The notes under the pieces: generated by a model
The model's input: only the letters and a program-made list of their open reading frames with translations
What the model was told of the DNA's origin: nothing
Database searches by the model: none
Made by a program: the position numbers and the translations under genes
Virus record (IMG/VR): IMGVR_UViG_3300014656_000042
Location: 1-47,829 of that record
Reading direction: 5' to 3' (one strand)
Source: a virus
Lineage: Duplodnaviria; Caudoviricetes
Length of the DNA stretch: 47,829 nt
Shown here: in pieces, positions 27,501-37,492 of the stretch
Layout: every line of letters begins with the position of its first letter
How positions within the stretch are numbered: position 1 is the first letter of the stretch

Positions 27501-30500
27501 AAGAAGGTGCGTAAAAAGGTGTCCCGGGCATCAAGTGCAAAAACAATAAGGGCGTGGATAGCTGCCTCTGGGGGCGTTAATCCTGGTGATACTGCCTGGG
27601 CGGGAGAGCTTGGTGATATAAGGTGGGATTACAATAGGTATGGCCGTAAAGTACCCGCTAAAAAATTCCCGCCTGGATTTTGGAATAGAAAATCAAGAAG
27701 TTTGGATGAAAGGGTAACAGATGCGATAGAAGCTGGCTGGTTAGCCCCAGGGTCAACAGATCAAGATTTGATGAGTGCCATTGAAGCAAATATTGGGGAT
27801 AAATATATTGACCTTGCCCAGGGGTTTGATTTTGGTGGCGTCACTGAAGAACAATTAAAGGGAGAAGAACTTCGTTTAAAAGCAGAATTGGAGGAACGAT
27901 ATGGCAAAGACTTTGAAAACAATGAGCAATACAAAATTGATTTCGCTGAGGTTAATGCTGAATTCAAAGATAAAAAGCCTTCAGAAGAAGAAATCAACAA
28001 AGAGTTAGGCAATCTTTTTCAGATTGAGACTGTTGAAGAACCCAAATTTGTCTTGACCCCCTCTGAACCTACCCCTAAAGAGAAAATAGCCATTGGAAGA
28101 ATGAAGGGTGAAATAAAGAGGCCCCCCAAAGGGGTTAAGCCAAGAGCCAAAGTTCCTGAAGGTGAAATAAAAGTAGCTACTGCTGGGAAGCAGGCAACTA
28201 TTCTTGAACCTAAAAAATATGAGGATAGGGAATTATTTGAGCCGAAAGAAAAAGCCCCTGAAAAGATAGCCGAGCCAACTCCTGGCATGGTACGCATCCA
28301 GAAGATCAATAAAACCGTGCCTTTCACGGAATATCACGAGTTCACCAAGGGTAAAGACAAGGGCAAGGTGTCGGTGCGGTATCATAGTCGGAACTATATA
28401 GTTGCGAAAGAGAGTGTAAAGAAGTGGCCGGGGGGGGCTGTAACTGACCTTATGGTTGCTGACAAAAAGGCTTTGTCCGAATATGAAAAGACAGCGAATT
28501 TTAAGAAATGGTTTGAAAAATCGGTTGCTACTGTAAGTGGCAAAGTAGGGGGTGAACCCCGTGTATTTTATCATGGAACGGCAACTGTGTTTAAAGCTTT
28601 TAAGCCCGGTAAACATGACATTGGAATACATTTAGGCACGGCAGATCAGGCAAGCGATAGGTTGGAATTTATTGCAGGGGAAAAAATAGTTTTAGATAGC
28701 CAATCTATCATCCCTGTTTATTCTAACTTCAAAAACCCCCTTGTTTTAAAATCTGATCCTGGATTATTTAATATTGATAATTTTCCGTTCGCTCTTGAAG
28801 AAACAGGAAAGTTCTCTGAAAAAGAAATTGAAGTATTTAAAAAATATGAGCACCAGCTTTGGGACATAGAAGAAAAATATAGAGAAAGTGAAGATGAGGA
28901 AGGTTTTTCAGAATCAGATGAATTACAAGAAGTTATAGATGATTTCAAAGGAGAGGTCCACGGGTTACTCGGAAAACATGGATTTGATAGTATTAAATAT
29001 TGGAACACGGGTGAAATAAAAGGAATGGCGGCAATTATGCACAGGATATCAGCTGCCAAGACAAGCGAAGAAAAGAGTAAAATATATAAGGAAAAAGAAG
29101 CGCTTGAAAAAAAAGGTGGGGATTGGTCTTATGTTGTCTTCAATCCTACCCAAATAAAGTCAACCTATAATATAGGCACATGGTCGGAAACAGACCCCAA
29201 TATTAGTTTACAGGTACGGACTCCGGTAGAGCCCATGTACTCACAGCTTATCAAAACGATTGAACAAAAACCAAGTGAGTTACCTAAAAAAGCGCAGTCA
29301 ATTATTCCATGGTTGAAAAAGAATCAGGTTAAGCCTGCTGAATTGAAATGGATGGATGTTGAGGGCTGGATAAAAGAGAACCAGAAAGACGGAGTTATCG
29401 ATCGGGCGGCGTTTATTGAGTTTTTAAAAGGTCATCAGATTGAGATTCAAGAGGTGGTGAAGGGGTTTACTCCCGACGATGCCAAACGCCTTGATGAATT
29501 AGATAATAAATTAAGGAGTGAGGGACTTACCCGTTCTGAGCAAGAGGAATATAACCACCTGACAAGCCAAGAAGCATTTCCTGCAACTGAGGGGGTTAAG
29601 TACGCTGCTTACCAAGAGCCTGGCGGGACTGATTATCAGGAAATGGTGTTTACGTTGCCGGGAACTACTCTTCCTGAAGGCTGGAGAATAGAGGAAACAA
29701 AAGAAGGCAACTTTGCAGTATATAATCCGTTGGGTTCCCACCTTGGAAATTGGCCGACACGAGAATCAGCAGAAAAGTCGCAACTGAGTCAACCTGGGTC
29801 ACGGGCTTACCGTGCCGCCCACTGGGACGAGCCTAATGTCATACTTCATGTCCGGCACAATACCCGCACCGACAGTGAGGGTAATAAAGTTCTGTTCTTA
29901 GAGGAGGTTCAGAGTGATTGGTTGCAGGAGGCGAAGGAGAAAGGGTTTGGAGTACGCTATAGATGGGTGGCGATTGACAAACATAACATGCCAGATGGTT
30001 ATTTTGATACCGAGGAAGAGGCAAAGGCAAGGGCAAAAGAAATAGGTGGAACGTTTGAGCAAAATCTACATGCACCAAAAGGCGTTCCCCCCGCCCCCTT
30101 CCTCGACACATGGCACGAATATGCCCTAAAGCGTATGTTGCGGTATGCCGCTGAGAACGGTTTTGACAAGGTTGCGTGGACTAACGCAAAGCAACAATTT
30201 GCTCGATGGGGTTCAGACAGGTATGCTTGGGAAAGACAATCTGATGGAACTTGGTTGGTTGAAGGAACTGAACAATCAGGCGGACAATTTGAGGGCGGCA
30301 ATATAGAGGAAGTGGCAAGAAGAGAGGGTATATTAAAAGAAATCAATGCTCAAACAGTAAAGACGAAAGATGATTTAAAACGGATAATATCCGCACTTCA
30401 CAGGGAGCAGGGTAAAGTTAATGTGTTGACGGATAAGATATGGAACAAGATGCAAACAGCCTCTAAGGATGTTCACATGCCCAGGTGGGAGGGGATGAAA

Positions 30501-33500
30501 GCGTTTTATGATGAGCTATTGCCTGGGTTCCTGAAGAAGTACGGGAAGCAGTGGGGGGCACAAGTATCAACAACTGATATCCCTGATTCATACTTTGTGC
30601 CAAAATCTTTTGATGAAGAGGGCGAATTTGATGAAGAGGGCGAAGTGGTAACGGATTTCATTAAATTCCCCTCCATCACCATAACCCCGGAAATGAAAGA
30701 GTCGGTCTTGTACGAAGGCCAGCCGATGTTCGCTTTCGGTCAAGTTCCACTTACGCCCAAAGAAATAACCAGTATATCGGATGCTACGGAGATAGCCGTT
30801 AATGCCGTTAAGCAGCTCATGCCCCGGAGTTTGTGGGACAAGATATCGGTTGAAGCAAAACCCCTTATAAAAATAGATCATGCGAGTGTTAAGAGAATTA
30901 TACAAGAGCGTGGATTGCAAATGCTTCCTTTTGATCAGATCATGGGGGCGGCAAATGTTGATCTTCCAAGTATAGGGGCTGTCATAGAAGTGTCAACAGC
31001 CTTCGGTCGTGGAGAAGTCAAAGAGGCGGCTTTCCATGAAACAGGGCATGTGGCATTTAAATGGTTATTAGATGAAAAAGATTATAGCGCCGCTTTGAAA
31101 TATCATGGCAATGAAGAAGCGTTCGTCAAAGATTTCGGCAAGTGGGCCTCGGCCAAGACAAAACAGGAACAAATGACTGGGCGCCCCAACTGGCTTTATC
31201 GGATATACGCAAAGCTTAAAAGATACTTTACTTTAATTGGTAATGCCCTAAAGAAAAAAGGCTATTACAGGCCGGAAGATGTGTTCGGGAAGATGTGGAC
31301 ACAGCAGTACAAGGTTCAGCCGGAGAGTGTGATAAAAAAGAGATTAAGAGGGGCGGCGTTATCCGTTGAAACTCCTGAACAATGGGCAGCTAGAATGCTT
31401 CGGGATATTGATGCCAGTCCACCGTCATCATCTAATACGATAGAAAATGAACTACATAAAAAAGCAAAATCTCCAGGTGGAACTATTCTCCCGGATAGTG
31501 CCATAAAAGATAGCAAGGTAGCGGATATGCTCCTTGAATCTTCAAAAGCAATCGAGCCAATATTAAAAGGTGAAATATCCCTTAAAGGTGCCCTAAAAAA
31601 AGCTGGTATCAGCGACCCTAAAGCCATGAAAGCCTACGAACGAATCATTGGGACTCCGTATTTCCTTGGCAAAAAATACAAACGCACGGGTAAATTAGTT
31701 AATGTAGGGGTCGGTGCAGCGGAAGAAAGGGCAACTGAAAATAAAAAGGACTTTGATATCGCCAGGAACTTCTTGTCTTTAAAGGGTAAAGAGTTAAATG
31801 AAATGCGTCAGCTTATATGGGCCGTTGAGGGAAAGCCTTTCCCTAAAAATTCAGGCATTCCTGATAAATTTAAGAAAATCGAAAAAGGTAGCCCTATCGA
31901 GTTGAATTCCGACCATTATACAAAGATGGCCGATTGGTTGATTACACAGGGAATCACCCCCAAAGTGGCAAATGCCTTCGCAGATGTCCGTAAATCGTAT
32001 GATACCATTTTCGTTAAACTTGATAAGGCTATGAAAAGGTTTAATGTTGATGAGGACGACATAGAGAAATATAGACAATTAATAGGCCAGATACATAACT
32101 ATTTTCCACACCAAAGGGATGGAAATACTTATGCCGCTATAATCGACCCGGAAGTTGAAAAACTCATCCTTACAAAGGCTGGCAGACCCTTCAAAACTCA
32201 GAGTGCCCTCCTTATGGCCCTTCGTAGGCAGGGTAAACTCAATACCCATAAGCCGGAAATGGTGGGCGAACGGAAGTGGGTAGGAGTAGAGAAGTCAGGG
32301 AAGAATATCGAAACCCTTATGTCCTATAAAAAGAAAGACGACCTATTTAATAAAACCCTTTATAATGAACACTTCAACTCCTTTATGGGCCGGTCATTAC
32401 ATGGAGACATTCGTAAGCGATTAGTTCAATGGGCACATGATAACGGCCATGAAAATGTGACCGAAAAAAATGTCAAAATAGGAAAAGTTACCAGCCTGCC
32501 GGATTCTGTATTTTTCAATGTAGACATATCGGCGATAAGCCAGATTATTGATTCGGCTGCTGATCGTGTTGATGATAAAGCCGTTGCAAAGGAGATCAAG
32601 AAGGTTTTACCAAAAGCTATTGCAGAGGTGTTTAAGCTCCGGGGTTTTGGGCAAAGAATGATTAAACGGAAGGATGTCCCAGGATATGAAACCCAGGATA
32701 TTAAAGGTATTTATTATAATTATGTGACTGGTGCAAATGGCATGGTTTCAAAGATGGGCAGCGCTTATAACTATTCGACTATTTTAAACGAAGAACGGGC
32801 ACGCTACCGACCTATAGAGCATGACTATAATAAAAACTATGTAAAGGACATGCTTACAAATGTAGACAGGCTTGATAGAGCAGTTGATAATCTCAGGGCA
32901 TTTTTCTTCTTTAAATATTTGGGTGCGATACCAAAAAGTGGGGTCGTTAATCTTACTCAAAATATTGTTGCGGCATGGCCCCGACTATCTGTGTGGCATG
33001 ACCCAAAAACCGGCAAGGCAGAAACAGTTAAAGGATCAAGTTTATACCTTACAAAAGCTATGCTGGATGTCCGGGGTGCAATAACCGATATAAAAGCAAA
33101 GGGCAAGGGGCTTGATAGATTAAAAGGTGATGAGAGAAAGGCATTGAAAGAGGGTTTGAGCAGTGGCCTTACAACTGCTCAATATTTACGAGAAGTAAAG
33201 GGAGAGATAGGATTCAGGCACAAGACTATAGGAGATGTCATGTTTGTTGCAGGTCTTCCTATGCAACTTGCGGAACAATATAATAGGGCCTCAACATTTT
33301 TAGCTGGGTTCAGGATTGCTGAAAAGAAACTTGGCAAAGACTATACTTATGAAAAAGCGTATTCCTATGCAAAGGAAGCCACCATTGACGCACATTTCCT
33401 GTATGGCAAAGAGAATTTACCGGAGGTTATGCGGGGAACTGTTTTGGGTAAAATTATACGGCCAGCCTATACGTTCAGGACTTTCACGCATCAATATGCA

Positions 33501-34331
33501 GGTCTAATAAATTGGCTTGTAAGACAGGGCGGTCCGGGGCAAAAAGCGGCATTAAAATCGATGGTTGGGATTATGAGCGCAGGGGGGTTGTTATCGTTGC
33601 CTTTTTATGAGTTATGGAAAAACCTGTTCGACGATGACCCGGCGACAACCATTCGTAATCAGATTGATCCGAATTGGCTAAAAGATATTGTCATATACGG
33701 TGGCCCGGGAGGTTTAGGTGTTGATTTACATGGAAGTATATCTATTGAAATTCCTCGTAATATGAAAGATATTATTGGGGTGCCTTACGCCTTATACGAA
33801 GATACAAAAAACATGATATCAGACCTCAAACTAAAGGATTACACAAGAGCTATAGAAGAATCACCTGTTACCCCAATGCTTGCAAGAAACATTATGGCGG
33901 CACGCAGGCTTTACGCAAAAGGGCAGTTCACAAGATCGGGCAGGCCGATCAGTGGTATTTTAGGCGGGAGTACAACGGCCAAGAAAATAAGCGGGGCAGA
34001 GGCAGCTGGTAAATTGTTGGGTTTTCAACCAGTGTCTAAAAGCAAGGCATGGCAAGGGTATAAAGTTTTCAGGGAGGCAACAGATGAGGCAAAAGAACAG
34101 CAAGGCCGTTTTGCAACAAGGCTAATGAGTGCGATTAGAGATAAGAACAAAAAAGAGATTAAGGACATATTTCAAGAAGTAATGAAATATAATAAAAAGG
34201 CTCGGGAAGATAACAAGCCTATTGTTGTATGGGAAAACCTAAAGAAGTCTTTACAGACAAGAACAAAGAGCAGGAAACCACCTAAAGTGGCAATCCCCTA
34301 TGCCTTAAAAGTACAACGGGCATGGGAATAA
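24513..34331 (+). CDS. giant polyvalent DNA-injection protein (ParB-like, ART-PolyVal-like, HExxH peptidase-like domains)
   Basis: 3272 aa; INPLIVV..ILEGATR; NFKKWF..FYHGT..YVVFNPTQIKS; LFLEEVQSDW; FHETGH; helical C-terminus. Confidence 0.8.
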   Translation: MLSVLQQWDEDPEFQNLDYAEKEKVYLNYFDRNMKDDEFNILPIEEQSRIKSNFVQRRVRQPRQERLSLVPKRPPDSVLSRVPQKAVPIEVPDATPGYTKTIGKGLLSGVESLAGGIGSFARWTGEVTRDPWLVKLGKDASNYWKEAQTEGIAKPDPTIYKGSFIENPSLKRAVGIVAQAIPSMGGAVVASIVTGQPWIGAAMLGLMEGAPQYEEAREAGKGITESSYYGVLSTAGTAMLEYLPISRMFKFRGGVATGAIKGAGEESVQEATQTIWQNLIAKLGYDDSKSLAEGIIESIIGGFGAGGIAGGTIAKLNNISEKAKEAGVTELEIKEAWDDIQGQIIELTDKIEPTTARPGDELSEGMPAPSKAKPPSPIPPRSGGALLEETPPAPGVPPSAVRPSKVVTEMPIPERPTGLERLRGRFAGKEGRLVEEAEKVEPGAKEPWEMTKENLKTKYHIAGGVVDGRKVRSKIPNMSSIEATVDTPTVLKGIYEIPLSEFEGSLTGKHYSTAGTKSIAELADEIAKSKEINPLIVVVDKEGPYILEGATRAESLYKLGAKSFPAKVVIDEGSFFDAVKQAQAEDKVIPKGVLAEYPELKAKEAAKEPKEAPVGEEKITKGVVEGVKEAPRGATVEGERAAIEKATRLHKRSYGLKPKNSLARLLEAKQILEQAGVDKNTEIYTETDRLIGNYKKRLGIVDATAEAPKRVLTSDTFAGLAKKSDELQVIIEAKHDELEKAGLTWEEQNKNPELSKLYDEANKFETAAAVKGYEGAKKIITDELGVDVPVDTLYASVDSILREHYSLTKEPIGAYMMRKYTGEALSNVDETVLKVAKDISKLLLARDAPQADWFATMESPVSGLTRKGKEAYVKEGLSKAKAIHGKITKFFLPMAKPTKMIGDKEWVGVEKKIPKRVLASDTIEGVKDNLVIQAKDGTIYESSRAGSPIHGMMLDEFNVKAEDIERTGLTVESGKILWSDSLKGLKPTPEQVKAAKKKVRKKVSRASSAKTIRAWIAASGGVNPGDTAWAGELGDIRWDYNRYGRKVPAKKFPPGFWNRKSRSLDERVTDAIEAGWLAPGSTDQDLMSAIEANIGDKYIDLAQGFDFGGVTEEQLKGEELRLKAELEERYGKDFENNEQYKIDFAEVNAEFKDKKPSEEEINKELGNLFQIETVEEPKFVLTPSEPTPKEKIAIGRMKGEIKRPPKGVKPRAKVPEGEIKVATAGKQATILEPKKYEDRELFEPKEKAPEKIAEPTPGMVRIQKINKTVPFTEYHEFTKGKDKGKVSVRYHSRNYIVAKESVKKWPGGAVTDLMVADKKALSEYEKTANFKKWFEKSVATVSGKVGGEPRVFYHGTATVFKAFKPGKHDIGIHLGTADQASDRLEFIAGEKIVLDSQSIIPVYSNFKNPLVLKSDPGLFNIDNFPFALEETGKFSEKEIEVFKKYEHQLWDIEEKYRESEDEEGFSESDELQEVIDDFKGEVHGLLGKHGFDSIKYWNTGEIKGMAAIMHRISAAKTSEEKSKIYKEKEALEKKGGDWSYVVFNPTQIKSTYNIGTWSETDPNISLQVRTPVEPMYSQLIKTIEQKPSELPKKAQSIIPWLKKNQVKPAELKWMDVEGWIKENQKDGVIDRAAFIEFLKGHQIEIQEVVKGFTPDDAKRLDELDNKLRSEGLTRSEQEEYNHLTSQEAFPATEGVKYAAYQEPGGTDYQEMVFTLPGTTLPEGWRIEETKEGNFAVYNPLGSHLGNWPTRESAEKSQLSQPGSRAYRAAHWDEPNVILHVRHNTRTDSEGNKVLFLEEVQSDWLQEAKEKGFGVRYRWVAIDKHNMPDGYFDTEEEAKARAKEIGGTFEQNLHAPKGVPPAPFLDTWHEYALKRMLRYAAENGFDKVAWTNAKQQFARWGSDRYAWERQSDGTWLVEGTEQSGGQFEGGNIEEVARREGILKEINAQTVKTKDDLKRIISALHREQGKVNVLTDKIWNKMQTASKDVHMPRWEGMKAFYDELLPGFLKKYGKQWGAQVSTTDIPDSYFVPKSFDEEGEFDEEGEVVTDFIKFPSITITPEMKESVLYEGQPMFAFGQVPLTPKEITSISDATEIAVNAVKQLMPRSLWDKISVEAKPLIKIDHASVKRIIQERGLQMLPFDQIMGAANVDLPSIGAVIEVSTAFGRGEVKEAAFHETGHVAFKWLLDEKDYSAALKYHGNEEAFVKDFGKWASAKTKQEQMTGRPNWLYRIYAKLKRYFTLIGNALKKKGYYRPEDVFGKMWTQQYKVQPESVIKKRLRGAALSVETPEQWAARMLRDIDASPPSSSNTIENELHKKAKSPGGTILPDSAIKDSKVADMLLESSKAIEPILKGEISLKGALKKAGISDPKAMKAYERIIGTPYFLGKKYKRTGKLVNVGVGAAEERATENKKDFDIARNFLSLKGKELNEMRQLIWAVEGKPFPKNSGIPDKFKKIEKGSPIELNSDHYTKMADWLITQGITPKVANAFADVRKSYDTIFVKLDKAMKRFNVDEDDIEKYRQLIGQIHNYFPHQRDGNTYAAIIDPEVEKLILTKAGRPFKTQSALLMALRRQGKLNTHKPEMVGERKWVGVEKSGKNIETLMSYKKKDDLFNKTLYNEHFNSFMGRSLHGDIRKRLVQWAHDNGHENVTEKNVKIGKVTSLPDSVFFNVDISAISQIIDSAADRVDDKAVAKEIKKVLPKAIAEVFKLRGFGQRMIKRKDVPGYETQDIKGIYYNYVTGANGMVSKMGSAYNYSTILNEERARYRPIEHDYNKNYVKDMLTNVDRLDRAVDNLRAFFFFKYLGAIPKSGVVNLTQNIVAAWPRLSVWHDPKTGKAETVKGSSLYLTKAMLDVRGAITDIKAKGKGLDRLKGDERKALKEGLSSGLTTAQYLREVKGEIGFRHKTIGDVMFVAGLPMQLAEQYNRASTFLAGFRIAEKKLGKDYTYEKAYSYAKEATIDAHFLYGKENLPEVMRGTVLGKIIRPAYTFRTFTHQYAGLINWLVRQGGPGQKAALKSMVGIMSAGGLLSLPFYELWKNLFDDDPATTIRNQIDPNWLKDIVIYGGPGGLGVDLHGSISIEIPRNMKDIIGVPYALYEDTKNMISDLKLKDYTRAIEESPVTPMLARNIMAARRLYAKGQFTRSGRPISGILGGSTTAKKISGAEAAGKLLGFQPVSKSKAWQGYKVFREATDEAKEQQGRFATRLMSAIRDKNKKEIKDIFQEVMKYNKKAREDNKPIVVWENLKKSLQTRTKSRKPPKVAIPYALKVQRAWE

Positions 34332-34359
34332 CATATATTTAGAAAGGGAGGTATTTAAA

Positions 34360-34695
34360 ATGGCAAAATGGACAGTAACAGGAGTAAGTAGTGCAAACAC
34401 CGCTAAAACAATTACAAAAGCGGCGGTGACTGATAGACGGCATTATGTTGAAGGTTATATGGTTGTAATTAAGGGCGCAGATGCAGCAGCGGACATCGAT
34501 ATTGAACTACAAGATGGGACTACCGTTATATGGCGTGACGTGATTGGCCTCGGAAATGGGAGAGGTTCAAGAGTGGGCACAATCTGCGAAAATAACCCCT
34601 TTAGTTTTACTCCTGGCACGGCGGTTAATTTAGTTGTTGATGCTGGCGGGGCAAATGTTGTCACTGTATTGTCTTTAAAAGGCCATACACAATAA
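34360..34695 (+). CDS. hypothetical virion protein
   Basis: GGAGG RBS; 111 aa, beta-rich. Confidence 0.65.
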   Translation: MAKWTVTGVSSANTAKTITKAAVTDRRHYVEGYMVVIKGADAAADIDIELQDGTTVIWRDVIGLGNGRGSRVGTICENNPFSFTPGTAVNLVVDAGGANVVTVLSLKGHTQ

Positions 34696-34727
34696 TAGCA
34701 AATTACTGATTTTTGGAGGTATTTATT

Positions 34728-36104
34728 ATGGGTGGTTTAATAGGGAATATACTCCCTGGGATTACTAATATTCTAAAGCTCGATCAAAACGTAGAGACTT
34801 TATCAGCCAATAAAACATTGGTTGTTACCGACATGGTAGTCCAGAAGCTCGATCCAAATGGTGCTGATAGGGATGTTACCTTACCTGCTGAAGCCATCTC
34901 GACAGATTTATTGTTTTGGCTTTACAACACTGGTGGAACGGCAGGCGAAGACCTTGTCATTAAAAGCGATGCCCCGACCACTTTAGGAACTATTGGCCCC
35001 GGCCAGATGGGCATTTTTCACTGTGATGGAACTACATGGAAGTGGCTGTCTGATACAGGGATTAAGTATGACTCGGTAGCAGGATCAGTGATTTTCCCTC
35101 AATCAAATGATGCTGCAACGCCTACACTTGCTTTTGGGGATGGGAACACAGGTTTTTTCGAGAGTTCTGATAATGTTTTAGACATAAGCATAACAGGCAT
35201 ATCTCGTTGGAAAATAGATAGCCAATTTTTGTATGCTGCACTTAATTATGGGGCGAGCCTATCTAAGAATGCGTCAACTTCAACCACACCCGCTTTGACT
35301 TTTACAAGTGATGAAGACACTGGCATTGGACATGCTGCAGCCGATGCACTTTCCCTTATAGCTGGTGGGGTCGAAGGAATAAGAATTACGGAAAATTCAT
35401 CTAAAATAGATGAAATAAAGCTTAATGGCCCAAGGGTTGATAGTTTATATACCTGGATAGAGGACTTCGACGATGAGGTTGCGGCAGTTCAGTTTGAGGC
35501 GGGACTTGTAGCTGACTTCTGGGTAACTGCTGGTACAAACTACGCAGCTGCCAATGTAACATATACCGCTGGCTCCGGTGGAACGCTCGATGCGAAATGC
35601 GCTGCGGTGGACAATGATTCTGTTACCATCTTAGGTGTAACTAACTTCAATACCGATCAAAACCCTATAATGGAAGCCAGGTTTAAGATCGATGATAAAG
35701 CGACTGCCGCTTGTTTCGTTGGTTTTTCAGCAGCCGCTTTTGCGGATAAGGCAACCCCTGCAAATGATATGTTCTGTGTTGGAATAGACTCCGACAATGG
35801 ACATGGCTTTGGGGCGACACAAATTGTGTCTCTCGCAAATGATGCGGCGGCAGGCGGAGATTATGACGACATGGGTGTGGCGATTGTCAATGACACATAT
35901 ATAATAGTCAAAATTGATTTAACGGATACCGAGCAGCCGAGGGTCTGGATTAATAATACAGAAGTAGCGGCAGGAAATATTTTAAGCACCGTACAAGCGG
36001 CGACTGCGGTGGCGCCATATATCCACGTTCAGAATTTAGCCGGTGGGGCTATACAAAGAACAATAACGATCGACTATATTAAATGCTGGCAAGATAGAGG
36101 ATAA
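34728..36104 (+). CDS. putative tail fibre/spike or virion appendage protein
   Basis: RDVTLPA, PTLAFGDGNTG and TPALTF.SDEDTG repeats; C-terminal lectin-like IDYIKCWQDR. Confidence 0.6.
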   Translation: MGGLIGNILPGITNILKLDQNVETLSANKTLVVTDMVVQKLDPNGADRDVTLPAEAISTDLLFWLYNTGGTAGEDLVIKSDAPTTLGTIGPGQMGIFHCDGTTWKWLSDTGIKYDSVAGSVIFPQSNDAATPTLAFGDGNTGFFESSDNVLDISITGISRWKIDSQFLYAALNYGASLSKNASTSTTPALTFTSDEDTGIGHAAADALSLIAGGVEGIRITENSSKIDEIKLNGPRVDSLYTWIEDFDDEVAAVQFEAGLVADFWVTAGTNYAAANVTYTAGSGGTLDAKCAAVDNDSVTILGVTNFNTDQNPIMEARFKIDDKATAACFVGFSAAAFADKATPANDMFCVGIDSDNGHGFGATQIVSLANDAAAGGDYDDMGVAIVNDTYIIVKIDLTDTEQPRVWINNTEVAAGNILSTVQAATAVAPYIHVQNLAGGAIQRTITIDYIKCWQDRG

Positions 36105-36123
36105 ATAAAAAGGAGATAAAGCA

Positions 36124-36411
36124 ATGGAAATATTTGAAGCAGTAACCCCAGATGGAAAAGAAAGTGATATTAACAAAGTTAAAGTGCGTAGAACTGTAGC
36201 TGTTAGCAAGGAAACAGCCTTTGAGATTAAAGAGATGTTACCTAATTTCACCCTTCCACAACCTGAAATGTATAGGCTTGAGGTGATTGATAAGGAATTA
36301 GACGCTTTAGTAGAGCAAAGGGATAATATCCTGGCTGAGATTGCGGCCAAGGAAGTATTGCGGGGGAAAGTTAAAAGGGCGGCACTAACAGTTGAGCTAA
36401 TACTCAAATAA
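36124..36411 (+). CDS. hypothetical protein
   Basis: AGGAG RBS; 95 aa with a coiled coil. Confidence 0.65.
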   Translation: MEIFEAVTPDGKESDINKVKVRRTVAVSKETAFEIKEMLPNFTLPQPEMYRLEVIDKELDALVEQRDNILAEIAAKEVLRGKVKRAALTVELILK

Positions 36412-36452
36412 AATTGGACTTAGGACATCAACTACTTAGCAAGGATTAAACC

Positions 36453-36701
36453 ATGTCAGATAATAATACCGAATGGAAAGTTGACCAAGCGGAATTTCAA
36501 GGTTTTGTCAAGGCTACACTTGAAGAACATAATAGAAAGTTTGACGCTATTTTTGGTTTATTTAAGGAAAATAATCGGCGGGTTGATGGTATAAAATCAG
36601 ATGTTGATGGCCTTAATGTTAAGGCTGGCTTTTTCGGCCTTATAGGTGGGGCGTTGATCTCAGTTCCATTGATTATTAAAATGTGGTTTTCGGGTAGGTA
36701 A
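36453..36701 (+). CDS. holin-like membrane protein
   Basis: Coiled coil plus a C-terminal TM; directly before the peptidase. Confidence 0.5.
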   Translation: MSDNNTEWKVDQAEFQGFVKATLEEHNRKFDAIFGLFKENNRRVDGIKSDVDGLNVKAGFFGLIGGALISVPLIIKMWFSGR

Positions 36702-37286
36702 ATGGAAGACGTTAAACACGAGTTCCGAAATTTTGTCCAAATAGTCAGGCAACTTCTTGTTACGCTTGACAAGCATTTTCTCGAAAGTCAGGCTGTAATT
36801 GGTAAAATAGCCAATAGATGTGGCCAAATGGAAGATGCTGTCGATGGCCTTAATATAGCAGAAAGTCCTAACCTGGGCCTGATGGCTAACCCTACGGGGC
36901 TGGAAATACGGAATGACGCAGGGGGAGATGGACACTATGGGGCCTCCCGGAAAAAGATAATTAATAGTAAGACTATTCGATATGCCCATCCTGGCGAAGA
37001 TCGGGTCTGTAAGCCAGGACAGGAGGTTGCTGCCGTTATCGGAGGGATCATTCCAAGGATAGCTCGGCCATATCTAAATAAAGATTTTAGTGGGCTTCTG
37101 ATAGTCGGAAAGTCTGGAAAAGTCAAAATGTTTTACCTTGAACCATTTCCTGAATTGATAGGCAAGCATGTTGAACAAGGGCAGGTAATCGGGATTGCTC
37201 AGGATATTTCAAAGAAGTACCCAGATGTAATCCCCCATATTCACACTCAGATTTTAGAGTGGAATCCTGGGAGTTTAATAATATGA
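36702..37286 (+). CDS. M23-family peptidase (putative endolysin)
   Basis: GHYGASR, HxGxD (HPGED), GQVIG and HIH. Confidence 0.7.
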   Translation: MEDVKHEFRNFVQIVRQLLVTLDKHFLESQAVIGKIANRCGQMEDAVDGLNIAESPNLGLMANPTGLEIRNDAGGDGHYGASRKKIINSKTIRYAHPGEDRVCKPGQEVAAVIGGIIPRIARPYLNKDFSGLLIVGKSGKVKMFYLEPFPELIGKHVEQGQVIGIAQDISKKYPDVIPHIHTQILEWNPGSLII

Positions 37287-37492
37287 TAAAAAAGTGCCCT
37301 CATTGTGGCTCTATTTGGGTTACTTGGAATTGGATATATTCCAATGAAAGTTGGTTTCATGAGTGTTGGGATTGTGATGATGCGTTTATGACACACAATA
37401 AAGCAAGGAATGGACTTCCCTACTGGGCTGTAGCAAGATTTTATAACTTGTGGAAAGACCTTTGGAAAAAGTTAAACTATTCGCTCCCTTAG
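37283..37492 (+). CDS. small Zn-ribbon protein
   Basis: CPHCG...HECWDC; ATGA-type overlap with the previous gene. Confidence 0.55.
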   Translation: MIKKCPHCGSIWVTWNWIYSNESWFHECWDCDDAFMTHNKARNGLPYWAVARFYNLWKDLWKKLNYSLP

